64,000 nucleotides of DNA from Ascidiella aspersa (taxonomy: Eukaryota), in contig OZ004613.1 of the NCBI GenBank assembly GCA_963924565.1, positions 8,928,001-8,992,000 of the forward strand, written 5' to 3'. Of this stretch, positions 37,946 to 52,200 are shown piece after piece (the stretch's first letter is position 1; each line of letters starts with the position of its first letter). The position numbers and the translations under genes are program-made. The notes beneath the pieces are model-generated. The model was given only the letters and a program-made list of their open reading frames with translations, was not told the origin of the DNA and made no database searches.

Positions 37946-40900
37946 GTGTCCTCTTTCATTAACTATTTGTACCTTTTAAAAAACAGTATTCAAAGAAAGG
38001 TCTCTGAAATCATGAATTTGAGTTAAAAAAACAAAGAATTTAAATATTGTAAACTCGTGGCCCCCCGTAAACTGCTCTGTGGCCCCCAAAGCAACTGGCG
38101 GACCGATTAAGAAACCCTGGTCCAATCTAACTTTTAAAACGCGTATTTTGATCAAGCGGCTATCTTATCTGAAACTGAATCAAACACCTTTAAACAGGAC
38201 CAACATACATTCGTGCTGTCTTTAATATTAGCTGCAAAATGCACAAAATTCCTTAAATGGTTCGCCCTGGACTCGACAGTCGCACGATTGTCGCTTTGAC
38301 CTGCCAACAGCATAACTCTACCTTCTGCCACAGTAGAAATGCTGAATTTGGCTGCAACCGACATAACCTCTTAACACAGCGACCTGCGCGACCAAAAAAG
38401 GCACGGCCCTTGGTTTTATCTCGAATCCGCCGGTGCATCGTGTCGCCTACCGTGTCGAGCTGCCACGGCGGGTCGAGAACCACCCAGAAAAGGTAAGTTA
38501 AAGATGGCGGCGCAACTGGGGAAGGATACGCGGGCCCTGAGCGATTTCCGCCCGGCCGAAAGGTCGCCACGCCGCGAACCGAAAACATCCTTTTGCGGGC
38601 GGGACACGTCTTTGTCGCGGGTCGCCGATAATCAGAACCCCTGCGCGCGCGTGCTGCTCGCCAAAACGTTTGTTACAACCAAATATATAAAAGTCGCGCT
38701 TATTTTGCCTTGTGAGCCTTACTGACTTCATAGTTTTCCTGAAAAAAATGTAGCTAGGATAGAGTTGCAAATGGGTTGTCAATTAAAAAAAAAAATGCCG
38801 AGAAGAGTCTGAGGGTCAGTAAAGCCGTTTTTTGCGCAGGTCTGCTTTAGATGAAATTTTAATTGCAAAATACCCGTGAAACTACTTTATTAAATCTTAT
38901 ATGAGTGTAAATATATATTTAGGCAACACAATACTGCTAACTACAACGCTTTTCATTAAGGACGTGATAACTGTAAGGCCTGGCCATTGTGGGCCGGTTA
39001 AATGGTAGATTTACGATTGCGGGCCGGATCAAAATTTTTGTCGAACTTTTAAACTTGATTATTTCGTCAAATGAAGGGAATATGATAGACTATGCAAAAA
39101 AACTGAAGTGAGCCTTTATAAATTGTTGTACAGCTTAGTTAAACTTTGCGCGCTAAGATGTTGAGCAATATATGCGAATTTATGTCGCTACTTAATTATT
39201 GTGGTTGCCAATCTTTTTGGCTCGCGAGACTCAACAGAATGGATAAACATATACCGATACCCTTACTAGTGTCTGTGCTCATTGATTAACACTAATGACA
39301 CAATACACGAAATCACAACAACACATATCGACTGTGTACAACGTGATAAGTATTGTTTATTGCACCGAAATCGCACATAGACATTGTCCAAAGAAGTTTA
39401 CCAATAAACCAGTTATTTTCATCCCAAAGAACCTAAACTATGTATTGGCACCCATCTGGTTTAAAATCGCCACTCCAGTTGCTTCAAGTTTATTTTTCTC
39501 CACATCCACGATAAATGCAATACACACACAATAGGAAAATAAATAATGTCAGCGCATTGGGAACCACTGCAGTTGTGCCTGTGATCCACTGCAGTCGAGT
39601 CTACGCTCCTTCAGTTTGAATTCTTGATATTGTGACGTCATACTAGGATACTGGAATGATTTTTAAATAATGGACAGCTGAATACAGGTTGACCTTTTTA
39701 TGGTTTGTGGCCCCATCTATATAGGCTCTCAACATGTGCCCCGCTTATCAATTTAAATGCCTATAGCGGTGATTTAAATGTTTTTTGGTACGTTGTTTGG
39801 TCGCCAGATAAGGCCAATAAACGAATGTCCAAAAAAGCCTTTTTCAAGAAAAAATAAGGTTCGTCATAAAGAGGTTTACCAGGTAAAAAACTGCTACAAA
39901 ATTATATGTATTTGATAATATTATTCTTTGGGATTACGGCACTTTTTATTTAGCTTCATCATTATATGTTTTTTTTTTACTTATTTGGTTTTCCTTTAGG
40001 ATTTGCATTTTACGAAAATATACAATGTCTTAATACGCTAGTGCACCACTACCGGGCTGGACCCGAGTTTTCTACTCCCGTGTAAGTAAAACTGATTCGT
40101 CGAAATCATCTTATTAAAATATTTACCATCTGCTGATTGGTAGCTGACGTAATAAAGTGGCACATTTTTCAAAATACACGAATTTCAGCCTATAGGACTA
40201 CAAGGTTCAGGGAATACAAGTAAGTATGCGATAATGCTGCGTATATAGAAGCTGTTTGGTTTCGGCCAAGATAAATGGACGACAAGATGTCAGTTGGTGG
40301 GTTTGCAGAGCTGTGCACACATTTCGACTCAACAGCTGATTCATGATGTCGTCTTCGGACAACACTTTTGTAACGAACCTATAATGTACTCCTTTTGAGC
40401 GCTGTACACGTTTTGATTATGCTTTGACATTTGACAAGTCAAAATTATCAAACGATTTTTTTGTTATTTTGCCAAAAAATGTGGGGATCCCATCCTCATT
40501 AGGGCATCTCCATAATGAAAAAAATCCTGTAATATTTCAAAATCCTCACTACTTATCTTTCTATCATTACTGTTTTACAAAATTACGTGCCACTAAAATA
40601 TGCAGACGCACGCTTATGTGTTGCTTCATACAGGTTGACAGATGGTAGCGTTTTTGTATTTCCCGGATGGGCCTGATATTTTATCAAATGACGTAACGAG
40701 GTCGTTATCCTGTCCAACTTTACTAGTCTGACAACAAACCAGGCCAAACAACTTGCTGTGCGTCTCACAGATACATTTCATATAGTTTAAGGCTGATGTA
40801 TAAGTTAAACAGATCTTGTACAACCATTAAAACATCATTCGGGACAACTGCGTTATTTTGTTCGAAACACTAAAATGTTAGTAGTCAATAAAGTCGCTAT

Positions 40901-43900
40901 TCCACCTTTTTCCTTGAGCAATATATCCTACAACAAGTATATGAATTTTGTGCTGGGGTTTAAACTTGAATGTATGATTTGACAATTTACGGGCCGTGTA
41001 GCATGTTGGATATATATATAAGTACCTCTGATAAAATTAATGACATTTCGGTTCCGCACCCCAAAACAGTTAAAAATAGCAAAGTTTCATAAAAAGGGAA
41101 AGTATATCTACTTCTTCCGCTTTGGTTTGCGTAAAACGAAATTCAGACTTTGAAAATAAGTAAAAAGTATAATTGCTTGAAATGAACAGTTTTTATAGGT
41201 TTAAGAAACCTAATGATTGCTATTAATAGAAGTCTGAAAAAAGAAATTTGGTTAAAGTTTCACTCAAAATCAATTCGCGATCAAGTATCTCAAGCTGTTT
41301 GTACAAAAATAACCTCTTTTAAGCTTTCGGTATCAAAGAGGAGCTTTCATACCGAAAAGAGACTTTCCTTTAAATCTACGATTTCTCCGCTCTTTCCAAT
41401 GCTAAGTACCTCAACCAGCTGCTACAAAGCCGGCCTTTTCCCTTTGATAACGCAGCGGGCGTGTTATAAGGCTGTTTCGCTAATCTTCTTCAAATCCCCG
41501 TTACCGACATACCGTAAATTTCGCTTCAGTTTGTTGAGGTCTCGAGTTACGAGCGCAAGCAAATAATCAAGCTCGAGTTTGTGTCATCGCCCCATTAAAG
41601 CGTCGACGCCCTTTGGTTCAAATAGCCTGGCTTCGGCTTGATATTCGCACGTATACATACACGGTCTTTGTTTTATCCCTTTCCAAAACTGCCCAAAACT
41701 CGTAATGCTGTAGTTTGGTTAATTACTTACACGTCAAACGCTGATTTAAAGTCAAGTAATTGACTGCGAGTATTTGTGCTACACAAATGTGTTCTTAAAA
41801 AGAATGGTTTCCAACCTTTATTTAGTCACCAACCTCTTCAAAGAAATATCAAGGTTAGATACCCAAGACTTACCCATTAAAATAACCAATACTTTCGCGA
41901 CATGTCTACGTTTAAAAATGCTATAGCCAAATGTAATATTGTAGTCGAATTGAAATAAAACAAAATTAGGCGAAAAATCAATACTTGATTACTTATCATG
42001 ATACGATTTGACCTCAATGAAAATATCTATGAGCCATATTATTCAATAAAATCATTTCGTTGTTCACAAACGTTTCGGAAATACCCATGCCATATTGAGT
42101 CACTGAGAAAATCCGTGTATTGCGTTACATTGTTACAACGATTATACCTCGTTTTGCAAAACCAGAAGAAACTTTGGCCAGTCTAAACGATAAACACTGA
42201 CCGCAAGTACGTTTTAAAATATGTTTTAGGAAAGCTTTCCTTCTTATCGTTAATTTCTTCGTAGGTTATATGCACTTTTGCCTACAGCCAAGTACAGATT
42301 ATAAAACAAAGTGTAAAGGCCCTAAAATGACTTTAACTGGCGTAAAACTCGGGCAAATATCACAAGTCGAGCATTCTATGAGTAAGGAGCTTTGTCGACA
42401 TCTGGGTCAACCAAAATCGTGTTTGCTATTTTTGTTGTCTCTCTTAACATTTTGCACAGTCGGTTTCCCTCCACCTATAGTTTCAGAAGAGACGCATTTA
42501 CTCAAATTTACTTAAGTTGACATTAAGCCGAAAAGTTGATTTTGAAATCGCTTCAAACGCTGACCGCAAATTTCAGATGATAGGTGAATTTATTTGGGAC
42601 AAAAAGAGAATATAACTTACGGCCGCGACAATACTATTGCATGCTCTTGTCTTAATATTCCCAAACTCCGTAAAGGAACTTAATGCAGCTCGCCTATACA
42701 AGTGGTAGTACATAAAGCGAAGTATGAGAACAATGGATGCAAAAAGTCCTTGCGTTTATGTTAACGCGCTTGGGAATACTTGTCAGCGAATTATCGCCAA
42801 ACCGAAGTGAATGCGGAAACAACACTTACACGAATGTTCCAGAAGCGAAATCTCTCGGGAAAATCCTTCCCGCCATAAAAATGCCGTTTTTAATCGCGCG
42901 AACCGCAATGTATTGTGTTTCGACAACCTTTCATTTTGGCCTTTCGAAGGTGCAAATTAACCTGATCAACTTGTCACGCCTAAAGTGTGCCACTTGTAAA
43001 GCGTTCGTTTCGGAAACCATATAAATCGCCTTTCGCACATACTTATGTCGAAAATGCGTGTGAAAACTATTTTCCCACAGCAATAGCGACCAATGTTCGA
43101 GTTTACACTGGTGTGAACTTAATAGGTGTGTAATGAACTTTTAGTTAATTATACGGTGTCCTTATAGGAATTGACTAGACTTTACCAATTTAGAGTCATT
43201 TACCTCTGTTTTTTTGCAAGAAATATTTGTAGAATGCAAGTGCGAGTCCAGCTCAAACAAATAATCGTCAGAGGAGGATCCAGAACCACCCCGAACTGCA
43301 TTTTTCGCCTATGTTAGCTACCTATGAGCTTTTGTAGCTCAACATTTTATAAGATTGCTCTTTATCGTTTTGAAATGTTATTGTAATGTTGTTGCTTTGG
43401 CGCCCATCCTAATTATGTACTTGGCGACAATAAAACCGACGAATTACTATAAACGCAATGCTGGCAATAAAATGAGTAGCTGAATCAGTGTTTCTCAAAC
43501 TTTGGTTTTTCAATTTATGACATGTATGTATTATTTATTGCTATGTGCGTAGCTGTGTTTTATTTATTAGGATTCTAGCAAAAGTCGCAATTGTGTTGTA
43601 CGATCATTTTCTCGCAACTTTTTTTTCTTCGCCAACTCAAACTTTTATATTGCTAAAATTGAAAGGGTCGGTCTCTTTGTATAACCACTTGTGGTTCAAG
43701 GCTGATCCTTCCCCAAATCCGACAACGTTATTTACTTTTCTATTTGTGTGCGTATTGTATTGAGCGTGGATGGGGACAGATAAATAAACTTGAAACTTGA
43801 AACTTGGTCGCGACCCAAAATTACGTCGCCGTATGATTTGGTTGTACCTCCAAATGCAGTAGTTTACATGGTTGAATTTATTGAGATCGGTTTTTGGTAA

Positions 43901-46900
43901 GATTTTTTTTAAATGTGAGAAATTGCGTAAAACATACGACGACATGGTTCATGCCAATTAATTTTGAATTTAACAATCCTATATTGTATATTTCTGATTT
44001 AATCACTTACAAAAAGTTCAGTGAAGATATTCGCGCTTATTATTTATGTAGCCGCGAAAAGGAGGTTGAGAAACACAAGAGAAAAGCTAAGCGATGCTCA
44101 AATTTATTATTCGCGCCGTCGCAAAAACATTAACAATGATCTAAAAATGAATAAATCGAGGAAAAATGTGGTTTATTGCTATCCAAACATGTTTTTTTGC
44201 AAGGTCAATATTTGATGTGAAAAACCCAGACGTATTGAAGTGTTTGGAAAAGCAATGGCACCAAAAGACGAAGCGACAATATGAACCAATTCTTTGAGTT
44301 TTGGATTGACAAATCTAAATCGTCTTCAAGTTGTTAACAAAGTACATTTTTGCAATACAATGATGCGGAAAACCATAAGAGGTAACTATATGCTATTACG
44401 TTATCGCTCATAAACATTTACATCTACGTAGCATAACTGTCTTCGCGAAAAATTTATTTGGGTTGGGCGGCTTAAGCGAAACAAAACAAAGTCTTTTTCG
44501 TCGATTTAAATGAATGAGTCTCTTGTTGGGTTGAAAACGGGCGTAACGCCTTGTGCCTTATCTCCGACCGTTTACCGCTTTCAATCGAGCAAAACTGATA
44601 CAACAAAGTTCGAATAATTGCCAATCGGCTAAAGACAACAACACAGCTGAAAAACAAACAGAAAACGAAATACCGGCGATTTGCACCTTGCCGGTCTCTT
44701 CTGCATTCAAGTATGATGGATAGAGGCACTGTTGAGCCATCGTCATAAGACTATTAAGCCACCTCTAGCAAAACTTCTACCGCGTGATAAATTATACTTT
44801 GGCAAACTACTATTTCTTATATAAGCATATAGGCTAATGTTGTAATGACTTGATTTAAAGACCTAATTTAAATGCACTATGTAATTAAGGTCGTTCAAGT
44901 AAAATTACTTAACTTGTCTGAAGTTTTGACTTGGGCTAGAGCCGCTAGAATAATTTACCTAAATGAATTGACCTAAAGTAAGGTGTTTTAATTTAATATA
45001 TGTTCAGTTAAAATAGGATGTTTAAGACCAATATTAAAAGTGGCAAATGTTACCTTGCTATTTTTTTTAATTTTCGATGTTTCCGATGAGAAATACTGGC
45101 CAGAATGAAGCGCGTTACCATTAATGTCTAGGGCTAATTCTGTGACTTGTCATTAACTCGTTATTTGTTGAACATGACTTGATAAACTTAACTGGGACTT
45201 TTAGTCCTTTAAAAATAACTTGTCTACAACACTGGAATGAAATTTCATTTAAAATTGATGCAGTCAATCTTAACATTTCTATTATTGAGAGAAATAAATA
45301 AATGGCGGGGGAATTGACAGCGTTGTCGACCTACGTTACAAACAGTAAAAAAGCTAGACTCAGTGTGTGCGAAACGAACAATTTTTTGGCTGTATATCGC
45401 CTCAAGTGGCCACCAACCCTATACTAATTCGTAAATTTTAAACTGATTTATCAGAGGAACATTTAATCATAACAAGATCAATCATAACAAGAAACCTATT
45501 CACACATTAAACTTGAGCCATACGTTAACTTTACTGCGCTTAACTTTTATCTTAATCTTGATCATTTCCCTTTTAACCTTTTCCATTGTCATCCAATTCC
45601 CACTTAGTTTGTCTGGCACAGCAACGTTTTTTGTTTTCAAGTTTGATAACTGGGGCAATGAAAAGGTTGGGTGAAGCTTACAATTCTAAACCAACACACT
45701 CTAACATCTCTTTTATATCTATTTAGGTTGATTGATAGCCGTATTTGTCTTATTCAAAAACTGAAAACAAGTGGCACTGTTGCCAAATTGCATTTAATTG
45801 TTGACAAGCTTAAGCCACTGGTTTGCTGTTACATCTAGTTTAAGTCATCGGTCGCGTATTGTTTTGTCCTTAGCATTAATTATAAAAAATAATATTACAA
45901 AAACTAAGTCGGTAATATTTAGCATTACCGGTTTAAGGCATGTCTGTGGAGTCGGTGTCGGATTCGGACTCGACGGAGTCGGTTTGACTGTAAGAAACGG
46001 TAAATGGTAAAGGTGGAATAGTATATATGATTGAATATTCCATGTTTGTGGGTGGATGAAATATAACATCCCTATGAGTTGATCGAATATCCAGCCTATT
46101 TTAGTTAAGTAAATGGGCCAAATACAGGCTGCAGAGTCGAAGCCGGACTCTGAATTCGACAAAATCGTACATTTGGCCGTCATCGAACTCGGGTTATTTT
46201 TTAACCGAGTCCGCAGCCCTGGTTTAAGGCAGGCATTATTTTGCCTACCGGTCTTCAATCTAAAAACAAAAAGAGCCTAAAATGAAACCTACTTCTGCAT
46301 GTGCTTTAAAATTCTTATTACGTCTTACTACAACCTCCAACCATTATAGCCTTAGAATGTGAACAGTATAGTTTGTAATGTAATACCACGTTCTTTAGCT
46401 TACTTGTTTAATAGCGTCATGGTATGACTTCATATTGCGTGAATTGAAGTTCTTATTTTTGACCTGGCCCGTCTAAACATGTTATGTTTCTCATGCGGCC
46501 CGCGGTAAAAATAATTGCCCACCCCTGGGTTAAACTATGCGTCACTGCGTCGTTCGTCTGTTATCAACAACAAAAATTCACAATAAAAAAAAGCGATCGA
46601 TGCAGGACTCGAAATATGGTCAAATACTCATTTAATCGTCGTTATGTTGCTCAGCGCAAATTGCGTTTAAAATGTGGCACGACGCTACTTTAAACACTTA
46701 CATTGCGTGATTGGGCGAATTCACATTAGTATTGCAAGTCCCAGTTAAGTAATTTGTAAACTGCTTAAGTGCAACTCAAGTCATTTTCAACCACTACAAA
46801 TTCAAGTTCCGGTCTAAGTAATAAGGTATAACTATACCCCGGCCAAGGCCAAGTCGAATCATTTCCTAGGCAATTTGTCTAAAAGACTTAAGTCAAGTCA

Positions 46901-47911
46901 TTGACTATATGTTGTACATTTGTTTATATTTAATGAGGCATAATCAAAACTTGATCAATAGTGGCCTCTATGGGTGCCTTGACACCTTTTAAGCGAGCTA
47001 AAAGTTCAAGGCGGCAATTATTTTCAAAATTAAGGGATGGCCATAACAATTAAATTAAAGGTTCTTAAACTGGGGTCCATAGACCCCTTGGGGGTCCGTG
47101 AACCAGTTTTAGAGGGTCCATGAAAGTTTTTGTAAAAATTATTAGCTTTTTTTAATAATATTAAGCCCAATTAAAATATTAGTTTGTATATAAGAAGTTA
47201 TTAATTTATCAAGGAAAACGGTTTTGCACCGAATGCATTAAGCCTACATTTTACTCTCACATTGTCTCCATATGTAAAATAGATATCAATCAGGAATTTG
47301 TAAACGTTATTATTTAAGTTAAGTTAAAAAAAAACTAATCAAGGAAACCAGCAATCAGACTTAAAAATATATATATCTATATTATTAAAATTTTACTACT
47401 CATATTTTGCTGACTGCCTTACACCTTTTTGTTAAAAAAATTATAGAAGTTGTCAATAAAGCGAATATGTAGACTACTATATATTGCCAGAAAGGGTAAA
47501 CTATTAATGCTTTTTGCAACATTATTAATAGTTTACCCTTGGTGGCAATTTTCTTGACTCCACTTGCTTTATTTTAACAAATAATTTTACATTGAAAAAT
47601 ATTCCTGGACAAACCGACTCTTCCGCACGCGTCGTTTTGAAGCATATTTTAAGACGCAATTGATTTGCGCAAAGCGAGATAAAAGAGATTTCTATGTCGA
47701 CCAGTGCTTCCCAACCTGGAACCATGGCACCTATCAGGAGTACCATTTCTAAGGCTCAAGGGTGCCAACATTTATTAGAGAATCTTTAAGAATCTAATTT
47801 GTGCTCAATTGTTAAGCCTCTAAAAAACTATTTATGCACGATAAGATTGGAATAAATCAAATTATATTTTCCTCGGTTGTGTAGAGTTGATGTATGTTGT
47901 TCCGTTTATAT

Positions 47912-48258
47912 CAGGGGTTCTTAACCTTTTTTGTATGTTTTACCCTTTTAGCAAAGACGAATATCAGATTTACCCCCAATATATAAAAGGTGTTATTCAT
48001 GACGTAACAATGAAGTTACTAAGGAATATAAACTAGCAATTACCAAAGCATAACGTTACCGACATTAGACGATAAAGAAATCAATAGGCTACTAGGTTAG
48101 CTTTTTCTATCAGTTGATACGAACTAGGAAAGTAGGCTACCAATGGCAAAATTTTCTGTCCCGCCAACTGAGATGTATATTTTAATTCATAGCTTATTTA
48201 CCCCCTGAACCGAAGAAATTTACCCCCCTATTTAAATTTACCCCAGGTTAAGAGGCTG
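47912..48258. mobile_element. hAT MITE, 347 bp
   Basis: CAGGGGTTCTTAACCT ... AGGTTAAGAGGCTG ends; perfect 8-bp TSD GTTTATAT; internal TTTACCCC repeats. Confidence 0.85.
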
Positions 48259-49226
48259 GTTTATATGAACATCATAATGAGCTACTTAACAAACATTCTT
48301 GTGTCGCCATTTAAGACAAACGTAATTATGCAGTATACCAAACGTTCAAGCAACCGTTTATTAAAGTGTTAATAAAAGCCAAATGCGCATGAAATGACGT
48401 CATATAGTGAATCATATGACGTAATAGGTACTCCCATTCACGGTTTATTTACAATGATGCTCATGACTAACTTTCGGCCAATTAATATTCTAAAAAAAAA
48501 ATTTCTAAATACTTGTCATATTTTCGTGATGAGACTAATTCACAAGGTTCGGCGTTCGTGGTATAACAATAATACACAGACGCTAATTTTTTTATGTAAG
48601 GAGAGCGGACATTGCGATCATTCATTGCTCTAGTGTACGTGTTTGGTGTAAACAGGCCGTCAGTTCCTGTTTGCGCTTCTATTTAAGGACAATAATTAAC
48701 GGTTTGAACCTTATTTTTTTATGCTTTTTAAACTCGCTTGATTTGTATGAATTACAGCAAACGTTGTCGTGTGTTTTGGGTTACTTTGTTTGTTATACTT
48801 TCATCGTCAACATGTTTTTATTCAAACAGTATTTAATGCGCCGAACCTAAGAAGTACATTCGGACATAAGACAGACAGGCAATTGAAATCCAGGATTGTT
48901 TAGCTTAAAACTAGATGGAAATTCGGTGAGAGCTTTATTAGGTTTTTGTCAGAATATTTATCGCTTTAGTGAACTGGTTCAAAAACCTTTAAAAAATTGA
49001 GGAGAAAATATTGTTGCTTTAAAAATGTGTTTCGCAAACCATTGCATTATGCCCCAAAGCCCAAAGTTTGCGGCTTCTTAGGCAAAAGTATGAAACGATA
49101 TTGACTAAAGAATCATGTGCGAACAATATTACTAAACCTTTTACCACTTTTGTCGTTTTTGGTTTTAGTGTTCTCTTCATAGTTTCTATAAGGTGTTTTA
49201 TTTTTTTCTGCAAATCTGTTGAAATA

Positions 49227-52200
49227 ATGTCGAGTCGATATTTGGCGTCTTTCTTCAGGAAATACCAACCACTTGCAATATTCACGCAGCGCAACCTGCA
49301 TTGCAATACAAGCAGAAGTATAAGACTGTCGCATCGAAACGATGTTTCATCAAAGGTGAGTACAAATTTTAAAGCACTGACAATTACAATGCAAAAAGAG
49401 AGGAATATTCCATTAAAAGTTATTTAAAAAAAAAATAAAAATTTACCTCAGGAGAGTTCGTATGATTGTATTGCCAATTGACAAACCAGGGCATAGAAGT
49501 AGTTTTCACGCACTGTTCTTAAACAGAATCTCTTAAACAGTGATTCTGAAACAATGTGCTGCGCCACAGAATTGAGCTTTGCGACATTCTTAAATGTACC
49601 GCGCAGCTTTTTGCCATTTTTGTATACGTATTAGTAATAGGTGTGAAACCGTGCATGCAAGTCTTGAATTCACACGACACGTTAGATAACTGATAATATT
49701 ATTGTATTTCCCTATTGCTTTGTCATGTTATAGTGTGGGTATCATCTTATTAAACTTGCAGAATGATGTTTTTTAAGAGAATTTGTTGTGTTACGTTTTT
49801 TTCAGTTATAAGTGTGATGCAATCTGAAAATGTTTGAGAGACGCTGTTCTAAAAGAAGTGCCGTGGATTTAAATTATGGGAATTTAAACGCGTGACGTAA
49901 GATTTTTGTTCAGATGCGTATTACCGGATACGCCTAAACAAACAACACTAAATTTAAACTAATGTAAAAAAAACACAATCTTTTTGTTGTTTTTTATACA
50001 ATAATAAAAACAAAGGACTGCAATAACAACTAACGGAATCTAGTTTATTTCAATAATAATTTAGGGAAATTAAATGGCACAGTATAGGCTATGGTAGTTT
50101 GAACGCACTACTTAGCAGGGACATGTTATCTTCAAAGCAGTGTCTTGATAATCAATAAGCGTCATTCTAAATTACGGCCGAACTAATTTGAGAGAGTGTG
50201 CTATTTTTGCAACAAACTGAAACTTGTGCAATATTGGGCCGTAATATTTTGGCCTGTGAAATCAAACAAATTCGTTGAGCAAATTAGGAAAATGTTCGTT
50301 CAAACTTTGTGACACAATTAAACTTTTCATGCTTTTATGTATATAAAAACAACTGGTTAGGCCTATTTATAAACGACTTATGGTTCTTCTCAATTTAACA
50401 GGCGTTTAGCTCGATTAGCACCGCAATGACGTCATCAACCACTATGAAGGCCGACGGAATAAACTATAACATATCTTTTCCCAAAGGTAAGCTGCGAATT
50501 CAGAAGGTATATCATAAGCAAAAGCTTAAACATACCACATCGAAACTTTTGCCTTAAACATTTTTATTAAAATAATTGAGAAAGATAACATAATTAATTA
50601 TGTACTATGGGAAGCTTACAGCGATAGGTCAACTATTTATTTTCAGGGTGCGGAAATCACGTTCACTCTCTATTGTCACGAACACAATAATGTGCCCGCT
50701 ATGTTAGAATATCAATTTTGTTACAACTTTTAATGTAGAAAAACCTGTAAACATCGCGCCACCTTTGGGCATTGTGACGTAAAACAAACGGTTAGTCGGA
50801 AACAATAACTATATAAGTTTAACTCACATCGGGCAGAATGTTAAACACAACTGTTGGGTACCAATTTGTGGCATCTATAGTCACCTTATTTCCCTCAGTT
50901 CTCCACCTTTTTGTGTTCAACAAACGTGTTTCATTTCACTAAAAAACTAATTGTAACTCGATTAAAATTCCAGAACCAATAAACTCTTCCACAAGTGTTG
51001 TTCTTATGCTGGGTTGGGCTGGTTCAACGCGACGGCAGCTGGATAAGTACGCCGCCATTTACAGCTCGCAAAACTGTGTTGTTATCTCCTACACGCACCC
51101 GGTCGCTACAGTTTACCTGACACGTAAGTTGACTTAAATCAATGGTACTATAAATAACCTAACATAGTATCATTGCTAAAATTGTGTAAAAGTTTCACCT
51201 AAGAAAAAATAGTATCCGAAAGTTGAGTAGTCTGATGATGCTATATCTTTGCTAGGTGCGTTTCAATGTCTGTTAACCGTTTAGACCAGAGTTTAGAAAC
51301 CAAATATATCAGTTGGTCAAGTTCGGTAACTTGATAAACGATACATAATCGACTAAGTCCGAACCTTGTTCAAATCGGAATTTTAAAATTGTCAGATAAG
51401 AGTATCAGTAAAGAGAAACAATATACATATCGAAAAAATTATTGATTGAATACGTAACACCGTCCACAAAGATATAGGACAACGCAAAAGAGAACATAAG
51501 TTGTAATCAAGTTATTCTTAATAAATAACAAACCAAGTACACGTCTCTGTTTTTACTTACCCAAGTCAAGTCACAAACCAACACATTAGGCTTCCATAGC
51601 AGACAGCTCCAAGTTAAGTCACTATACTCACTAGATTTGAAGTACAACAATTAAAACTAAAAAAATGATTAACTTGTTCCATCTCTATAGCATTGTTTTA
51701 TATAGCAGCAGCAGAAAAACAAACAAATGGCTACAAACTGTTTTAACACGTAAAGTGAACGCCAATTTTACTAAACTTGCATTTAATGAAAGTACTAGCC
51801 ATTTCTTGAATTGACCGAAGTCATAAATAGGCCTACTGATTTCACAAATATCAGTGACAGTTGAACGCCAAAAACCATTATTGATAAGCGTAGGTTAAAA
51901 GAGACGTAAACATTGAGTAGCCTATACCTGCGTAAATTCCCTCTGGGACAAATGGACAAAATCATTTTTTATCATTTTTACAAATAGATCCAAACTCTCG
52001 ATGGCATCTCGTGGCTTCGGAGAAGATTGCTGGACTGCTGGAAAAGCACGACCTTGAAACAAATCCGGTCCTCATTCACGTTTTCAGCAATGGCGGATTC
52101 TCGGTCTACCAGCAACTCGCAGAAGTTGTCGAAGTAAGTACAGTTCTTTAAATAGAAAAAATTGATATGGCTTGTTTGAACAAAGTGTGGGCAATTATTT

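Noticed and set aside
43880-44420. A-rich, coding-looking fragments that might be a decayed transposase
   Set aside because: Frequent stops and no motif recognised with confidence; needs BLASTX against a transposon protein library.
51228-51275. CTGATGATGC as a further hammerhead core
   Set aside because: No stem II followed by GAAA downstream.
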